A stretch of 64,000 nt of DNA from Cyanidioschyzon merolae. Its lineage: Eukaryota. A model generated the notes under the pieces. That model did no database searches and was not told where the DNA came from. It saw only the letters and a list, made by a program, of their open reading frames with translations. Both the position numbers and the translations under genes were made by a program. Below, one piece after another: positions 31,112 to 40,779 of this stretch (the first letter of the stretch is position 1; every line of letters starts with the position of its first letter). The stretch lies in NCBI GenBank assembly GCA_000091205.1, contig AP006494.2. One strand, written 5' to 3'.

Positions 31112-32413
31112 ATGGAAGATATGGGAAGTTTTTTGACGGTAGACGAGGCCTGTAGAGCAGTCTCTGGGCCGCGGTCGTTCTTGAAACGGCTCCGCACCAT
31201 TCTCAGTGCTGAAGTGGCTCTGCTGAAGGCGCTCGTCAAGTCTCCTTTCGAAAAGCGGCTTGTGTCTCTACGGGACGGCGCTTTCATCAACACGCTGGTG
31301 CTAAACGAGCACCAGACTGAGAAACCAGTACTTGTTCTTGCGCACGGCTGGGGCTCTGGCTTGGGTTTCTTCGCCAAGAACCTTGACGCGCTCGCTGGTG
31401 CATACCGCATTTACTGTTTTGATTGGATTGGAAGCGGAGGTTCGTCACGTCCCAAGTTCGACACAAGCATGAACGTGGCCGAGTCCGAGGATTTCTTCTT
31501 GCGACGCTTTGATGAGTGGACGAAGCGAGTCGGTCTGGAGAACGAAAAGTTCATTCTCGCGGGTCACTCGCTTGGCGGCTACCTCGCCGCCGTCTACGCG
31601 CTCCAGCACCCAGAGCGTCTGCGTGGCTTGGCGCTCATCAGTCCGTTCGGAGTTCCGGATGGGAAAGAGTCACAGAAGCGATCAACGACAACTGTTAGCT
31701 CCCATCCGACGGGAGCACAGGCCCCTCGTCTGACGATGATCGCCACAGCGTCTGAGGCGACACCGAATAACTTGCAAAGCGAACCTGCGAACGATAGCCA
31801 CCCTACTGCCTCGGCGGATCGCTTGCCAACGAAATACCGAGTCTTGCGAGGCGTGCTTCGCACGTTTTGGAAATTGAATGTAACGCCTCAGAGAATTCTG
31901 CGATGGACGTCCACTGCTTCGACCTCCTGGAGCCATGACCTGATATCCAAGTACATCTCGCGTCGATTCGCATCTTCGATCACCAGTGTACGAGAGCGCC
32001 AACTCCTTGCCGATTATTTGTACGCGATTTCAGTTGCCCCAGGCTCTGCGGAGTATGCGATCAAGACGCTGATGCATCCCGGAGCCTGGGCCCGTGCACC
32101 CTTGATGGATCGCTTGACAGCGCTCTCACCGACGGTACCAGTGGTCTTTCTCTACGGAGCAAACGATTGGATGGATCCGGATGCTGCCAGGACCCTGATT
32201 GACAAGGCGCGGGAACTTGGAAACGGAAATATGTGCCTTCAAATCGTACCGAATGCGGGTCATTATCTATTTATAGATAATCCGCAAAAGTTCAATGAGA
32301 TATTTCTGCAGGCGCTGAGCCGTCAGATACTCGGATCCGCGGTCGTTTGTGCAGATGTTACCAACACGCAGCGCTCCATTTCCTCGTCCGTGCTGAACTC
32401 GTCGAAAGCATGA
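31112..32413 (+). CDS. Alpha/beta-hydrolase ABHD4/ABHD5 (CGI-58)-like protein
   Basis: HGWGSGLGFF; ILAGHSLGGYLAAVYALQHPERLRGLALISPFG (nucleophile elbow GHSLGG); ANDWMDPD; VPNAGHYLFIDNPQKFNEIFL. ATG start. 3' end overlaps the helicase 3' end by 91 nt. Confidence 0.75.
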   Translation: MEDMGSFLTVDEACRAVSGPRSFLKRLRTILSAEVALLKALVKSPFEKRLVSLRDGAFINTLVLNEHQTEKPVLVLAHGWGSGLGFFAKNLDALAGAYRIYCFDWIGSGGSSRPKFDTSMNVAESEDFFLRRFDEWTKRVGLENEKFILAGHSLGGYLAAVYALQHPERLRGLALISPFGVPDGKESQKRSTTTVSSHPTGAQAPRLTMIATASEATPNNLQSEPANDSHPTASADRLPTKYRVLRGVLRTFWKLNVTPQRILRWTSTASTSWSHDLISKYISRRFASSITSVRERQLLADYLYAISVAPGSAEYAIKTLMHPGAWARAPLMDRLTALSPTVPVVFLYGANDWMDPDAARTLIDKARELGNGNMCLQIVPNAGHYLFIDNPQKFNEIFLQALSRQILGSAVVCADVTNTQRSISSSVLNSSKA

Positions 32414-35400
32414 ACGGAGAGTTTTGTTGGCTTGCATGCGGCGACCTCGGGGATCTTCAAGCAAAATCTTTGCAGTCCAAATCGATAGAAAACGCGGTTC
32501 GCGTAGACAACCGTATCGGAGCCGGCATCACGGACGACGAGCCAAGCATGTCGCTTCCTGTACATATGCTCATCCACGGGTTTCTCGGTTCGCTGCCCCA
32601 ATGCTATGTCAATACAGTGAACGTCTATGACGCGTTTCCGTCTTGTCCCTTGCTGTATTGCTTGCTGGACCCGAAGGGAACCTCCTTGCCGAGGATGAAG
32701 ATGAAAGCAAGCATCGTTTCTGGATTGAATGCTCCCGCCAGAATCCACCATCCCCGCCGCTGCCGCCAGTTTTGCTTGCAGGTGACGTCCACGTGCGCGA
32801 CGTTCTATCCGGTGCGGCTCGTTTCCGAGATCCGCTTGGCGCTCATGCTGCTCATGCTGCTCATGCTGCTCATGCTGCTCGTGATCCATCTGATGCAGGT
32901 AACTCGTACAGCGCTCCCGGTATTCGGCACCCATGTGATGCTCAATCTGTGCTATGCGGCCATCGGGCTCCTCGCCAACAGCATCATCCAAATCGTCTGC
33001 AGGCTTAGTGAGGTGGCTCTGCTCTCGTGATCGCAACGGCGAGCCACTAACCATAAGCTCGAACGAAAGCGTTCGAGTGATCTTGTGGAACTGGCGGAAA
33101 GCGCTCCAACAAAGACGGGCGAGACCCGTAAACACCAGTGCCGGTAGTAGTCGCTCCCAAGCGCCACTGAGCTCCTCCAAAAGCCTCCGCCAGCAAAACT
33201 GTGACGTCGGTGGCGATCTCAGCAACCATATCAGCAGTGTGCGTACAAAGAGAACGGGCTGCACTTTCTTAGGACGCGCTTTTGGTCCTCGAATGGGCCA
33301 CAGCGAATGAGGGCGTCCAGCTTCATCGCTCGATGCGAGGTCGCGCGGCAACCAACCAGGACCGAGTTCGCTAACCAGTGTTTCAGCGAACATGTCCAAA
33401 AGCGCACTCCTGGTTATCACCCTACCTGAAAACCGATCTAAAATCGTACGCGCTGTCTGCACTTCGATACCGAAACAGAATGCCAGCCGGGGAGCGACGA
33501 CATCGCGACAATCAAAGCGCCCGTCATTGCGAATTCGGAGCAAGTTGCATTCGCTGATAAGTTTTTCTGTGACGAGTCTGGTCATTAGAGCTATTCTGTC
33601 GAGCTCGCTGCCCAGCGATATCACTTCGCACAGCGGCCTCGCAGCCGTATGCTGCAGGTAACGGTAGCGGTAGAGAGTGCGGCTCATGAGCTCAGCAACC
33701 TGCTCGGCAGTCTGCAGTGTGCCCCGTGCTACCTGATGAACAATAAATAACTCCCAGAATAGATCAGCGACAGAGTCTATGACTGGAGGCCAATTCGCCG
33801 GCAGCTGCATCAGTCCCTCAAGATGCGGTGGCACTAGGACCGAAACCGGACCTCTGCATATCCTGGCAAAGTAGCGACAACTCCAACGGAACAGGTTCTC
33901 CCGTGGGCGCGACGATGCCTGCGCAAAGCCGTTGCCCACCATGAATGCGAAGGCGTATTCATTGCCATCGCTCGGGAGCAGGAGTAATTCTCCGATCTCG
34001 ATGACTACGACGCGGACATTGGTGTGCCCCGGGGGTGCACCTGTCTCGTAGCTGGTACTCCTCGTGGGTAACCAGATGCCACGCTCGAGGAGCGCTCGCT
34101 CCGCGGCGGTTAACGACGCTGCCAAACGTGCAGGGCACTCACTGCGGTACGGACTCTGTCGCGCTAGCTCTGCCCCAAGTAAGAGCGCATCGCGCATGAC
34201 CGCGCAAACAGCGACGAATTGTGGTCCTCGAGGAGGCGCTATCCGACGAAATGCACGCCAGAAGCGCTTCGCCACCAGCCGAGGCCGGTTCAGAAGTGCC
34301 TCGTCCGCAGTGGTAATGAGCGGCGAAGCCTCACCCGGAGGTTGCCACTCAAACTGGAGCATTCGAGACGGATCCAGTCCAAGCCAGCGCAATACTTGGT
34401 CGACATTCTGGAAATGCTCCGAAAAAAGAACCTGCTCAGCTCTTGCCAGATTCATGAGCAAAAACTCGTAGCTTGGATCCCATGATACAGACTCGAGGTC
34501 GTCCAGAAGCCACAGTGGTGCTTGCACACGGAGCTGTTCCGACTGCATGCTATGCACGAGCGAGGCAAAGTGTTTGGGGTCACCGATCAGGAAGCGCGCT
34601 TCGTGCTCATCGTCGTCAGCGCATGAAAGTTTTCTATGCCACTGCGGATCAATGCTTAGCTCCGCACAGCGCAACTTGCAGCTTTGTACGAGTTGGCGAA
34701 AAACTTCACGATGCGAGCGATGTGGAGACACATAGCACACGAGGCGTTTTTCACGCGCTACCGTGAGGCAAGCCGCGAGGCACCGGATCCGTTCGGGCCG
34801 GAACGGTATCGCAAACAATACCCCAGGTCGCTGTCCCGGAGCGCAGTCCATCACCATTTTGAGATAGCCTGGAATCAGGGTCTCACAGGCCGCCGCTAGA
34901 CGACTAAAGTCGTGAAATACAAAGCGGCCGATCTCGGGGGCAATTCGGTTATCGTCAACTGGCCACGGGAGGTCGCGCAAACACTCAGCTTGCAGAAAGT
35001 CGTCAACCAGATGCTCTTCGGCGGCAATTCTCCAGAAAGCGACTGAGGTTCGCTGCCACGGTGGAACCGAACAGCATCCGACAAGGTGATATTTCGCTTC
35101 ACGGAGGACCAGGCGAGCAGCGAAAAAGGCTCTTTCACCAGTGGCATCCTCGAGGGATACCCAGAGCGCTTCCGTACTGTCGATACAGGAGCTATCCTGC
35201 AGCGCGATGCGACATTCGAAACGCAACGTGTCTGCTGAAACGGGTAGAAGCGCGCTCTCGAAGGCTATCCAGGAACGAACGGCACACTGCTGACGCCCCA
35301 GAGCGCTGCATAACACCGCGGGAGGCATCCAGTCGCCGACTGAAGGCGAAAAGCAACGCAGCGCCTCGGTTTCGCTGTGTTGCTCTGGCTGGCCTTTGCT

Positions 35401-37791
35401 GTTGTGCGTCTTACGGGGTTGCATGCCGGAGCTTGTGCTACCGCTCTGATCGTTGCTGCTTCCGCCCCTGAGGGCGCCTTGCAGAATACGCGTTTGTTGA
35501 TGCTCAAGTTTCTTGGCGAGTAGCAAGCTCAAACGCATGGGTACAGCCATTCCCAAGGTTGCAGAAAGCGCATGCACCGCACGCAGCATCCGCTGAGACT
35601 CTTCCAGTATCGAAGAGCAGTCCTGCGATAATGCGGGCGAAGAGCTTAGGCCCGTTGGCAGGACTGCGGCCTGCAACAATGCCGAGATTTTGAGGTCTCT
35701 GTCAGGATCCCAAAGCGGTATCAGTAGGCGCCAAGAGAACCTGCGCAACTCTCGGCTTTCGCTTTCCCGTGGTAGACTGAGGTTCCGAAGTGCAGGTGAG
35801 GCAACTGCGAGCAGATGGATCAACTCTGGGAGAGCGCCTGTTGGGTGAAGGTATGCCTCTATTGTCCGCAGCGTGTCGTAGGGAAGCATAAACGCAGAAG
35901 CCACGTTACCGCGAGCTGTTACAGTCATCTCTAGATTTTCGCCGTAGCGCAACAGCTCATTCCGGGCGAGCTCTTTCGCCACCGAATGGCAAAGTCGGAG
36001 CCGAACGCCCCAGAGGGAAACATCTTCTCCATCGGCAGGCCGCTTGCTCGCGAAATGCGGCATCCACTCGAGAGATGGATTCCGCAGCATTCGAACGAAG
36101 AGGAATGTGTATTTGAGCCACTCTGCTGCCTCTTCGACGGTGCTGAGGGAGCCGCCCGCAACTTCGGCCAACAAGCTATCTGCCAACTGCGGTATGAGAT
36201 GCGATTCTATGGGGGCCTTGTGCGCTACGACAGCAGCATACAGCGGCGCTTCCGGTTCGGTTGTGATGATCACGCCTACACCACGCTGGTGGAAGGGGTA
36301 GCGGCCCGCTCTGCCGAGCATCTGCAGGACGTGCAGCGGGGCGAGTTGGACAGTCTGACCCTCCTCACTGTCGTAGTACTGCGTGCCTTTGATGACGACC
36401 ACGTTCGCCGGCAGATTGACTCCCCATGCTAGCGTTGCGGTAGATATCATAATACGGAGGCTGCCCTGCAGAAACAATTGCTCCATGAGATGGCGGATTT
36501 CTCGCGGTAAACCGGCGTGATGGACTCCAATGCCTTTCTTCACCGTGGCGAGAATCTCACCAAAGTTTTTGAAATGCTCACGGATTGAAGGCGAAAGCCA
36601 TTCCGTTTCCCGCCTTTGTAGGATGGGAGCGTTTTCGCCGTCTGCAGCGTTAAGCAACCAGTGCGCGGTCTTCAGCGTATCTGCTCGCTCGTGAACGAAA
36701 ACCAAAACCTGCTCCATCTGCTGTACGGCAAATTTTTTGACCTGGAACCACAAAGCATGGTTCATAAGTTGATCGAACCGGGTCTTACTTAGAAGGCCAA
36801 CGCGATGGCGAAGTGCCACCAGGCGCAGCTCCAGGGGGCATGGACGTTCTCTCTCAGAGAAGACGAACACGCCCTCGTGAAGCCTGGCGCGAATGAAGAC
36901 CGCCACGTCATCGTAGTTTGGAAGCGTTGCGCTCAGGCCAACAAGCCGTACTCGATAGCCGAATAACGCTGTTTCATGGTGTAGACGAGCTACGCATCTC
37001 TCAAGGACGGGCCCTCTCTTTGGATCATCGAGAACGTGGATCTCATCAATGATGACAATCTTCAGAAAACGTAGCAAAGGACGTTCGTTGGCTCTTCTAG
37101 TGAGAACATCCCATTTTTCAGGAGTTGTCACCAGGATATGGGAGCGCCACAAGTCGCGATGACTCAGACGCTGCTCCCCGGTACACTCCGTTACCAAGAT
37201 TCCATAGGTTCGCAGGCGAGCGCTCAGCGAACGCTGAAGCTCCCCCACGAGCGCCCGCATTGGAGCAATATAAACACATTTGAACTCTTGCAGCTCGCCA
37301 CCGCATTCCTCGAATAGGGTGCGAAGAATCAGGGCAACGGCAATATCCGTCTTGCCGGACCCTGTTGGTGCGCAGACCAGAACGTTTCCATGCATCCGTA
37401 ACGCCCGAGCAAGAACGCTGGACTGGACAGGATTCAGGCTTGCTATATGCTGAAAGGCAGGTTTCATGTAACCCGCTAGATCATCGACAGCAAATGAACG
37501 ATCATTCAATAGCGCACTTTCAGTTGTCTCCGGCCTTTGAATGATCATTTCGCTCCACTCGGAAGCGTCACCGACCTGACCAAGAGCGCTCCGCGCCGCA
37601 GACTGTTCAGAGCATGTACCGCTGAACAAGTCGGCGCTAACAACAGGCAAAGCCGCCTTTCGTCGCACGGCTGCAGCACATATAACGCGGTATTCTGGAG
37701 TGTCTTGGAGTATAGCCTCCATGAAATGTGAGCTTTCGCCGGGAGTCGGGGGCGACACCTCGATACTTGCTAGTTCAGGTTCCTGAGGCAT
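32323..37791 (-). CDS. Ski2-like DExH-box helicase with Sec63 domain (Brr2/ASCC3/HFM1 family); one intact cassette plus a long degenerate C-terminal region
   Basis: APTGSGKT (Walker A), DEIHVLDD (DExH), LGRAGRYPFHQRGVGVIITT (motif VI), WLKYTFLFVRMLRNP (Sec63 signature). Track ORF starts with a GTG at 37818; first ATG is 37791. Confidence 0.85.
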   Translation of the reverse strand: MPQEPELASIEVSPPTPGESSHFMEAILQDTPEYRVICAAAVRRKAALPVVSADLFSGTCSEQSAARSALGQVGDASEWSEMIIQRPETTESALLNDRSFAVDDLAGYMKPAFQHIASLNPVQSSVLARALRMHGNVLVCAPTGSGKTDIAVALILRTLFEECGGELQEFKCVYIAPMRALVGELQRSLSARLRTYGILVTECTGEQRLSHRDLWRSHILVTTPEKWDVLTRRANERPLLRFLKIVIIDEIHVLDDPKRGPVLERCVARLHHETALFGYRVRLVGLSATLPNYDDVAVFIRARLHEGVFVFSERERPCPLELRLVALRHRVGLLSKTRFDQLMNHALWFQVKKFAVQQMEQVLVFVHERADTLKTAHWLLNAADGENAPILQRRETEWLSPSIREHFKNFGEILATVKKGIGVHHAGLPREIRHLMEQLFLQGSLRIMISTATLAWGVNLPANVVVIKGTQYYDSEEGQTVQLAPLHVLQMLGRAGRYPFHQRGVGVIITTEPEAPLYAAVVAHKAPIESHLIPQLADSLLAEVAGGSLSTVEEAAEWLKYTFLFVRMLRNPSLEWMPHFASKRPADGEDVSLWGVRLRLCHSVAKELARNELLRYGENLEMTVTARGNVASAFMLPYDTLRTIEAYLHPTGALPELIHLLAVASPALRNLSLPRESESRELRRFSWRLLIPLWDPDRDLKISALLQAAVLPTGLSSSPALSQDCSSILEESQRMLRAVHALSATLGMAVPMRLSLLLAKKLEHQQTRILQGALRGGSSNDQSGSTSSGMQPRKTHNSKGQPEQHSETEALRCFSPSVGDWMPPAVLCSALGRQQCAVRSWIAFESALLPVSADTLRFECRIALQDSSCIDSTEALWVSLEDATGERAFFAARLVLREAKYHLVGCCSVPPWQRTSVAFWRIAAEEHLVDDFLQAECLRDLPWPVDDNRIAPEIGRFVFHDFSRLAAACETLIPGYLKMVMDCAPGQRPGVLFAIPFRPERIRCLAACLTVAREKRLVCYVSPHRSHREVFRQLVQSCKLRCAELSIDPQWHRKLSCADDDEHEARFLIGDPKHFASLVHSMQSEQLRVQAPLWLLDDLESVSWDPSYEFLLMNLARAEQVLFSEHFQNVDQVLRWLGLDPSRMLQFEWQPPGEASPLITTADEALLNRPRLVAKRFWRAFRRIAPPRGPQFVAVCAVMRDALLLGAELARQSPYRSECPARLAASLTAAERALLERGIWLPTRSTSYETGAPPGHTNVRVVVIEIGELLLLPSDGNEYAFAFMVGNGFAQASSRPRENLFRWSCRYFARICRGPVSVLVPPHLEGLMQLPANWPPVIDSVADLFWELFIVHQVARGTLQTAEQVAELMSRTLYRYRYLQHTAARPLCEVISLGSELDRIALMTRLVTEKLISECNLLRIRNDGRFDCRDVVAPRLAFCFGIEVQTARTILDRFSGRVITRSALLDMFAETLVSELGPGWLPRDLASSDEAGRPHSLWPIRGPKARPKKVQPVLFVRTLLIWLLRSPPTSQFCWRRLLEELSGAWERLLPALVFTGLARLCWSAFRQFHKITRTLSFELMVSGSPLRSREQSHLTKPADDLDDAVGEEPDGRIAQIEHHMGAEYRERCTSYLHQMDHEQHEQHEQHEQHERQADLGNEPHRIERRARGRHLQAKLAAAAGMVDSGGSIQSRNDACFHLHPRQGGSLRVQQAIQQGTRRKRVIDVHCIDIALGQRTEKPVDEHMYRKRHAWLVVRDAGSDTVVYANRVFYRFGLQRFCLKIPEVAACKPTKLSVHAFDEFSTDEEMERCVLVTSAQTTADPSI
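32826..32882. repeat. 9-bp microsatellite (ctcatgctg) x5 inside the helicase CDS, encoding (QHE)n on the minus strand
   Basis: gctcatgctgctcatgctgctcatgctgctcatgctgctcgtg; translated track shows HEQHEQHEQHEQHE. Confidence 0.6.
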
Positions 37792-38684
37792 TCTGTTCGC
37801 CTCCAGCAAAGTTTCCACAAGGGAGCGTTTGGCAAGAGTCGAATAACAGCTGAAGCTTGCCGGCTTGTGCAGGCTGTCTGGAGCGTTTGCGCCGGGGTCC
37901 CGAATATGTGAACCGCTACGCCTCTGCGTTCGCAGAAAGCGGGCACTAGATCGCAGTCCCCGAGCAAGCTAAACGAGTTCCAATGATGTCTTTGAGAACG
38001 AATCACGAAGACTTTGTGTAAGTTGACTTCTAATCACGCCCCAACTTGAGCTGCAGGCGTGCCGCGCAGCGGCGAGTTTGTCCGAAACTGCGTACAGGCC
38101 CTAGCGTGCGTGCCAGTAAGCGCCGAACCCACAGTAGGACATGGAGCGTCCTCGCCGCATGTCCAAGGTTCACACACCGGACGTCGAACGCTTAAATTTT
38201 GCTATTTGCGTCCAGAACGTCGAATTTTCGTGCGAAGCGGCTCGTTTCAGTCACGGTAGCGTAAGACTGTTCTACGCACTTGAAGAGTACGTAGTTCTGC
38301 TGTGGGGGGCACTGCGCAAGAAAGCGCTCCAAAACTTGTGGGCTATTTAAGCCCATATAAGCTAATTTTAATCCCTAGAGTATATTATTGTCATAGAACG
38401 AGGATGCCCAGTAGCTGTTTGCCGGCATTTGCCGGCCGCTGATGATGACGTGCGTCGACAGCCGATTTCTTTCGATGCGCGGTGAGACAGCGTCATTGGG
38501 CAGTCGCGATTCATATTTTTCGAAGCAGTGTGTGGAGGTCACAGCGGCCCAGTGAGGCTGCCTCACGTCCCTAGGGTGACGCTTACTGCGAGCCTCGTAA
38601 GTACTTGAAGCGTGCGGCTGCTTTTTCAGGCGGGATACATACTGATTCTTGCAATTAGAGGACCTTCGCAAGTCGCTGTGGGCA

Positions 38685-39500
38685 ATGGTTCACGTCAGTG
38701 ACCAAGTTGTTTACCTTATGGAGACGACGGGGTTACCTCTTTCGGTCATCTGCTTCCTGGGGCACCTTTTTGTTTTTCATCTGGGGTGTTTCCTGTTCGA
38801 AGTAATGGATCAAAGTGGCTGGCTCCTTGATTATAAGGAGTTTCGAGGAGACCAACGGCGGTACTGGGCACTTTTGCCCCAGGTGTGTTTTAACCAATTT
38901 TTTATTCTGCTCCCGTCGATGTACCTATGCGAGAAACTTGGAGTTGCGTTCGACAGCATTGACTCGAGACAGCAGCAACTCCGTCAGACTATCTGGCACT
39001 ACCTCTTTTACGCGGTCTGGATGACCATAGGACACGATATATTCTTTTACCTCGGACACCGATTCTTGCTCCATTCCAGCTGGGGTTACCAGCTTCTGCA
39101 GCACGATCTGCATCATTCTACCAAAGCAAGTATCGCTCTCAGTAGCATGTACATGGCCCCGAGCGACTATGTCCTGGAAATTTGCGTGCCGTATCTGGTG
39201 CCTTTGTGCATGCTCAAGGCAGATGCTGCTTTCCATTTCGTTGCCATTGCTCTGGGTAGCCTCGGGGGTATGTACGAGCATTCGGGCTACAATTTTTGCC
39301 CCTATTTTCCTGGACTCAGCACAATGGCGCATGGCATGCACCATACGCGATACAACTGCAGCTTTAGCGACGGCGTCGGTAGCTCAAATCTCATGGATGG
39401 GCTATTTAGAACAAGCTATGAGTGTGTGTATCCGAAATGGTCTGGCAAGAAAAGCATCAGGGAGTCTAAGGATGCTCAATGCACGTATGGGCTCAACTGA
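38685..39500 (+). CDS. Fatty-acid hydroxylase superfamily protein (sterol desaturase / C4-methyl-sterol oxidase / sphingolipid hydroxylase-like)
   Basis: Histidine boxes HRFLLH, HDLHH, HGMHH in the characteristic spacing. Track start 38649 is a TTG; first ATG is 38685. Confidence 0.7.
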   Translation: MVHVSDQVVYLMETTGLPLSVICFLGHLFVFHLGCFLFEVMDQSGWLLDYKEFRGDQRRYWALLPQVCFNQFFILLPSMYLCEKLGVAFDSIDSRQQQLRQTIWHYLFYAVWMTIGHDIFFYLGHRFLLHSSWGYQLLQHDLHHSTKASIALSSMYMAPSDYVLEICVPYLVPLCMLKADAAFHFVAIALGSLGGMYEHSGYNFCPYFPGLSTMAHGMHHTRYNCSFSDGVGSSNLMDGLFRTSYECVYPKWSGKKSIRESKDAQCTYGLN

Positions 39501-39666
39501 GTCCCTGGCTTGAATCTTTTCTCCGTTCTTGTGGATGGTGAAGTAGTTGTAAAACAGTGAGAAATTGAATCGCCCGAGATGGCGCATTTCTGCGCTTTGA
39601 CGGAATCGCGTATAGCAGCGAGCCCATACACAAGCGATGAAACTGGTTCTCACGGAGCCTACGCCC

Positions 39667-39850
39667 GAGATGATCCATTACCTAGTCGCGGCGCTGTGAT
39701 CTTTCCGTCCCTCTGAGCTCCGATTAATGTGTTTTCTGCGGGGAATTTACGGGTACCTATTGCTGCGCCTTCGCAGAAGATGATCCAGTAACCACCCGCG
39801 ACGCTGTGATCTTCTTGTCCCTCTAGACTCCAATTCAGGTGTTTTTAATG
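39667..39850. repeat. Tandem duplication: two ~75-bp homologous units with 110-bp period
   Basis: agatgatccattacctagtcgcggcgctgtgatctttccgtccctctgagctccgattaatgtgttttc (39667) vs agatgatccagtaaccacccgcgacgctgtgatcttcttgtccctctagactccaattcaggtgttttt (39777), about 80% identity. Confidence 0.6.
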
Positions 39851-40487
39851 TATAGTTTTCGTGACTCGGAGCGCTTGCTGCTTCCGGTGCTCCTCGAGCT
39901 CTTTTCTCAGGTCGATGGTGAGACTTTTCATCGGAAAATTCTGTAGTATCTTGGTTCTCCGGTTGACCACCGTACTCTCCGATCATTAGAAGCTTACTCA
40001 ATCGCGCTTGCAGGATGTCCTTTGCAACTTCACTATGTCGTACATGACGAAACCCGGTGCTCTCCGCCGCACCAGTGCCGCCGTTTGGATACCGGACGCC
40101 GTACAAAGAGGGCACGCGTGCGTCGTCCAACTGCACGTTCCTTGGCAGCGCCGCGAAACTTTCCTCAGCATCCAGCAACTTCCGGACAACCTCAACGGAA
40201 CGTTCGTGGACTCGGTGCAGGAAGCGTTCTGCACAAGAACCAGCCTGTTCCTCCGGGGGCAGACTTTGAGGTGACGGTCCCGCCAGTTTTCGGGGCGTTA
40301 CCGGTCGCTCACCGTTCTCAGTTGCAGCTGCGGGACGTCGCTGGTCTATCAGCTCCAAGGCCACAATGTTCCCGGAAGCTGCTTCCATACACAGCCGGCA
40401 GAGCTGCACTGCACAAGTACTTACGCACACACGCCCCCGACAATCGCTGGACGCAGCAAGTGCTGTCTGCTGCAAACAGGTGTACAT
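39747..40487 (-). CDS. Hypothetical protein (246 aa) with N-terminal Cys cluster
   Basis: ATG start. CRGRVCVSTCAVQLCRLC suggests a possible zinc ribbon. C-terminal codons run through the second tandem-repeat unit. Confidence 0.3.
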   Translation of the reverse strand: MYTCLQQTALAASSDCRGRVCVSTCAVQLCRLCMEAASGNIVALELIDQRRPAAATENGERPVTPRKLAGPSPQSLPPEEQAGSCAERFLHRVHERSVEVVRKLLDAEESFAALPRNVQLDDARVPSLYGVRYPNGGTGAAESTGFRHVRHSEVAKDILQARLSKLLMIGEYGGQPENQDTTEFSDEKSHHRPEKRARGAPEAASAPSHENYTLKTPELESRGTRRSQRRGWLLDHLLRRRSNRYP

Positions 40488-40779
40488 GAAAATACGGGTT
40501 TTAGCGGTGCCCTCGTGGGTGCCCCGTTTGAACTAGAACAATCGATCTTTTTGATACAATCGTATACAGGGGTCTTACAATTTTTCAACTCGATCCTGTT
40601 TCACCTCCGTAGTGTTTTGCAGCAGGAGATCGAAATCTCTGTGCAATGTACCCTATAGGTCTTATACGAATCGCTTGTAGGATATATGCTTTACCATATG
40701 GTGCAAGGAGGCTTGGATTCCTCCAGCGGCTCAGTCATACCACAGTACTCTGATGCTCGAGGAAAACTGAAAGTAGCAA

